NCBI RefSeq assembly: GCF_006345805.1
Contig: NW_021823696.1
Coordinates: 1-21,673, forward strand
Reading direction: 5' to 3'
DNA: 21,673 nucleotides
Source: Octopus sinensis
Lineage: Eukaryota
The position numbers were made by a program, and so were the translations under genes. Positions 19,333 to 21,673 of the stretch are shown here, piece by piece; the stretch's first letter is position 1; each line of letters begins with the position of its first letter. The notes under the pieces were generated by a model. That model was not told where the DNA came from and searched no databases. It worked only from the letters and a program-made list of their open reading frames with translations.

Positions 19333-21391
19333 AATGGCCTTAAATCTTCTAAAAATCCACGACCTATTTCGAAATTTGAAGCCATTGAAAAAGACCTATT
19401 CGAGTTTATTACAAGAATTAAATCCCGCAAATTCAACGACCCACTTCAGAGAAATATGAAGGGAAAAAAATAGAGACATGAAAAACTCGGATAAAATCTT
19501 CGTAAACTCCGGCGAAACAAAAAACTTATAAGCGGTTGACAAAGATGTTTATAAACGTCTACTTTCGAACAGCATTACAGACACCTACAAAAAAAAAAAA
19601 ATACGAATTTATATAAAGAGGTGAATTTGGAGGTAAGACGAATTGTTAACAATCTTAAAGTTAGTGATAGGATAAAAAAAACTACTATTTTTAAATCTCA
19701 CAACGTGAGATCTTCAGCAACAGTACTTTGTAGTAAAGATTGTTTGCCAACATAACATGGCAGTCCTGGTTTAGGACGAATGTTGCTGTAATTTAGCTAC
19801 AGAAGACATCGTCTCCAACTGGCTATACGGCACGATCTGTGTCCTTATATGGGGCTAAAGTACAGCAACATTAGTCCTAAACCAGGACTGCCATGTTATG
19901 TTAGCAAACAATCTTTACTACAAGGATAGAATACCTCCCGCAACGCCAACTCTTTATTACCTTGCAGGACCTCAAAGCAGATTTCAATAGAAACCCTAAA
20001 TGTAGACTAATTAACCCAGCTAAAACTGAAACAGATATCATTAGCAAATATATTTTAGATCGTATTTTAAGCAAGTTAAATACTGAATTAAATTTACGGA
20101 TTTGGAAAAATAGCAAGTCAGTGAGAGTTTGATTCAAAGGGATTAACCATAAGCATAACTGCAGATTTACGCAGTTCGATATTGCTGATTTTTATCCGTC
20201 AATATCTAGGCCTCTGTTTCTAAAAGCATTACAATTCGCCAAGCAGTATGTCACCATCGATAGCTCGGAAATAGATATTATCCTACATGCAAGAAAATCC
20301 CTCCTTTTTTACAATGATTCCACCTTGGTCAAAAAGAGCGAGGATTCTCTATTCAATGTACTGATAGGGGCATACAATGGAGTGGAGTTGTGTATGCTTA
20401 TAGGAACTTATATTTTGCATAACCTGCATCTAGAATTCCCTTTTATAGATACAAGATTATACAGGGATGACGGTCTTATAGTCACCCATAATTTAAACGG
20501 CCATGAATTAGATAAACTATGTTATATTAGCAAAGAATCAAATCATCCAACCGTAATTCTTAAGAACCTAGTTAGTAGTATATGAAGGCGAATATCAACG
20601 TCTTCAGATAAGGTAGCATTTCAAAATGCCGCGCCGTATTATAACAATGCATTAAAAAGTGGATTCTCAGAGAAGATCCAGAATAGTCAAACTTATTCTA
20701 ACAATAATAATCTACATAGAACTAGAACTAGAAATGTTTTGTGGTTTAATCCGACATTTAAAATTGCCGTAAATACTAATATAGGTAGGGAATTCTTAAA
20801 AGTATTGAATTGTAGAATATTTAATAGGAGAACACTGAAGGTTAGCTATTCTTGTTGCAAAAACTTCACCTCTTTTACTAATCAGAATAACACAAAAATT
20901 ATTACAAACAACCTCAGTGCCGAATCTAATCCGAGAACTGCAATTTCAAAGATAAGACTTGCTGTCCGTTAGAAGGTAAATGTCTTGAAAAAGGAATTGC
21001 TTGTAGAGCTAGAGTGCAAATAGATGGCTCACAAGAATATAAAACTTACACAGGGGCTTCGGAGAGTTCATTCAAGACTCGGTTTTATTCCCACCGAAAT
21101 TCTTTCCGATACCCCGAGAATAGGTCAGTAACAAGTCTTGAAAAAATTTGTCTGGCAATTGAAGAAAAACGACACCCGTCCTTTCAATATCAGCTGAGCA
21201 ATTTTGAAAAAGCACCATTATACAAACATGGAGCTTATAGAAGACCTATGTAATGTAATCTTTGCTTCTCAGAAAAGTTCTTCATCCTGTCCCAGGATAA
21301 ACATGCATTGAATCAGAGACGTGAGCTCTTAAATTCTTGCAGGCACGCTGCGAGGTTTAAAATGTTAACCGAAAAAATACCGCATGGGTAA
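19333..21391 (+). pseudogene. Near-complete decayed Penelope-like ORF (RT plus C-terminal GIY-YIG)
   Basis: YKRLLSNSITDTYKK; PKCRLINPAK; FDIADFYPSI (20175-20204); YRDDG (20460-20474); SNHP; WFNP; KVSYSCC; CPLEGKCL; KTYTGASESSFKTRFYSH; CNLC..EK..LN.R.EL..CRH. Stops, frameshifts, deletions and one insertion. Confidence 0.92.
19675..19922. mobile_element. Fold-back insertion interrupting the PLE ORF, 6-bp TSD
   Basis: AGGATA at 19669-19674 and 19923-19928. 70-bp inverted arms at 19728-19797 / 19854-19923 (67/70). The frame reads ..SDRI|EYLPQR.. when it is removed. Confidence 0.8.
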
Positions 21392-21401
21392 AGATTTTGA
21401 C

Positions 21402-21418
21402 TTGCGGTGGTGGTGGTT

Positions 21419-21459
<41 letters not shown>

Positions 21460-21472
21460 TAGTAGTAGTAGT

Positions 21473-21529
<57 letters not shown>

Positions 21530-21673
21530 AGGTGTGATGGGGAAGAAGAAGGGAGATGGTGGTGGTGGAGGAGAAGAGGTAAGGGAAAAGAAGGGCTGAC
21601 TGTGACATTGATAGTATTTCTGGTGGTGATGGTGGTGATGGTGATAGTTATTCTTGTTGTGGTGATGGTGAAG
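21402..21673. repeat. (TAG)n microsatellite followed by GGT/GAT-rich low complexity
   Basis: Direct reading. Confidence 0.95.

Noticed and set aside
20130-20585. In-frame TGA codons in the PLE ORF as selenocysteine (as in some Naiad PLEs)
   Set aside because: The TGA at 20130 is at a probable Trp position, none aligns with a Cys motif, and the ORF also has TAA/TAG stops, frameshifts and deletions.

Overview
AT-rich eukaryotic non-genic DNA made almost entirely of transposon remnants and microsatellites. The repeat families look like those of an octopus (coleoid cephalopod); this is recognition from memory, not a database result. I found no intact host CDS, tRNA/rRNA gene or CRISPR array, and nearly all supplied ORFs are microsatellite artefacts. 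Contents: three decayed Penelope-like elements (PLEs) with GIY-YIG endonuclease, two of them bracketed by inverted terminal segments; three R4/Dong-type (restriction-like endonuclease) LINE fragments in (TAA)n tracts; four non-autonomous Helitrons; two hAT-type MITEs, a TIR element with a 5-bp TSD and a 339-bp palindrome; several tRNA-derived SINEs, one split by nested insertions. The main signal is about ten minimal type-I hammerhead ribozyme (HHR) motifs of at least five sequence types. Most sit in short (TA)n-anchored non-coding elements or PLE terminal repeats. They include one intact core (17010-17044), a family sharing a non-canonical CUGUNGA core, and two same-strand HHRs 170 nt apart. 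Inverted (fold-back) duplications recur at element ends. HHRs in PLEs and retrozymes are known in general; whether these families are described or active needs searches and cleavage assays.
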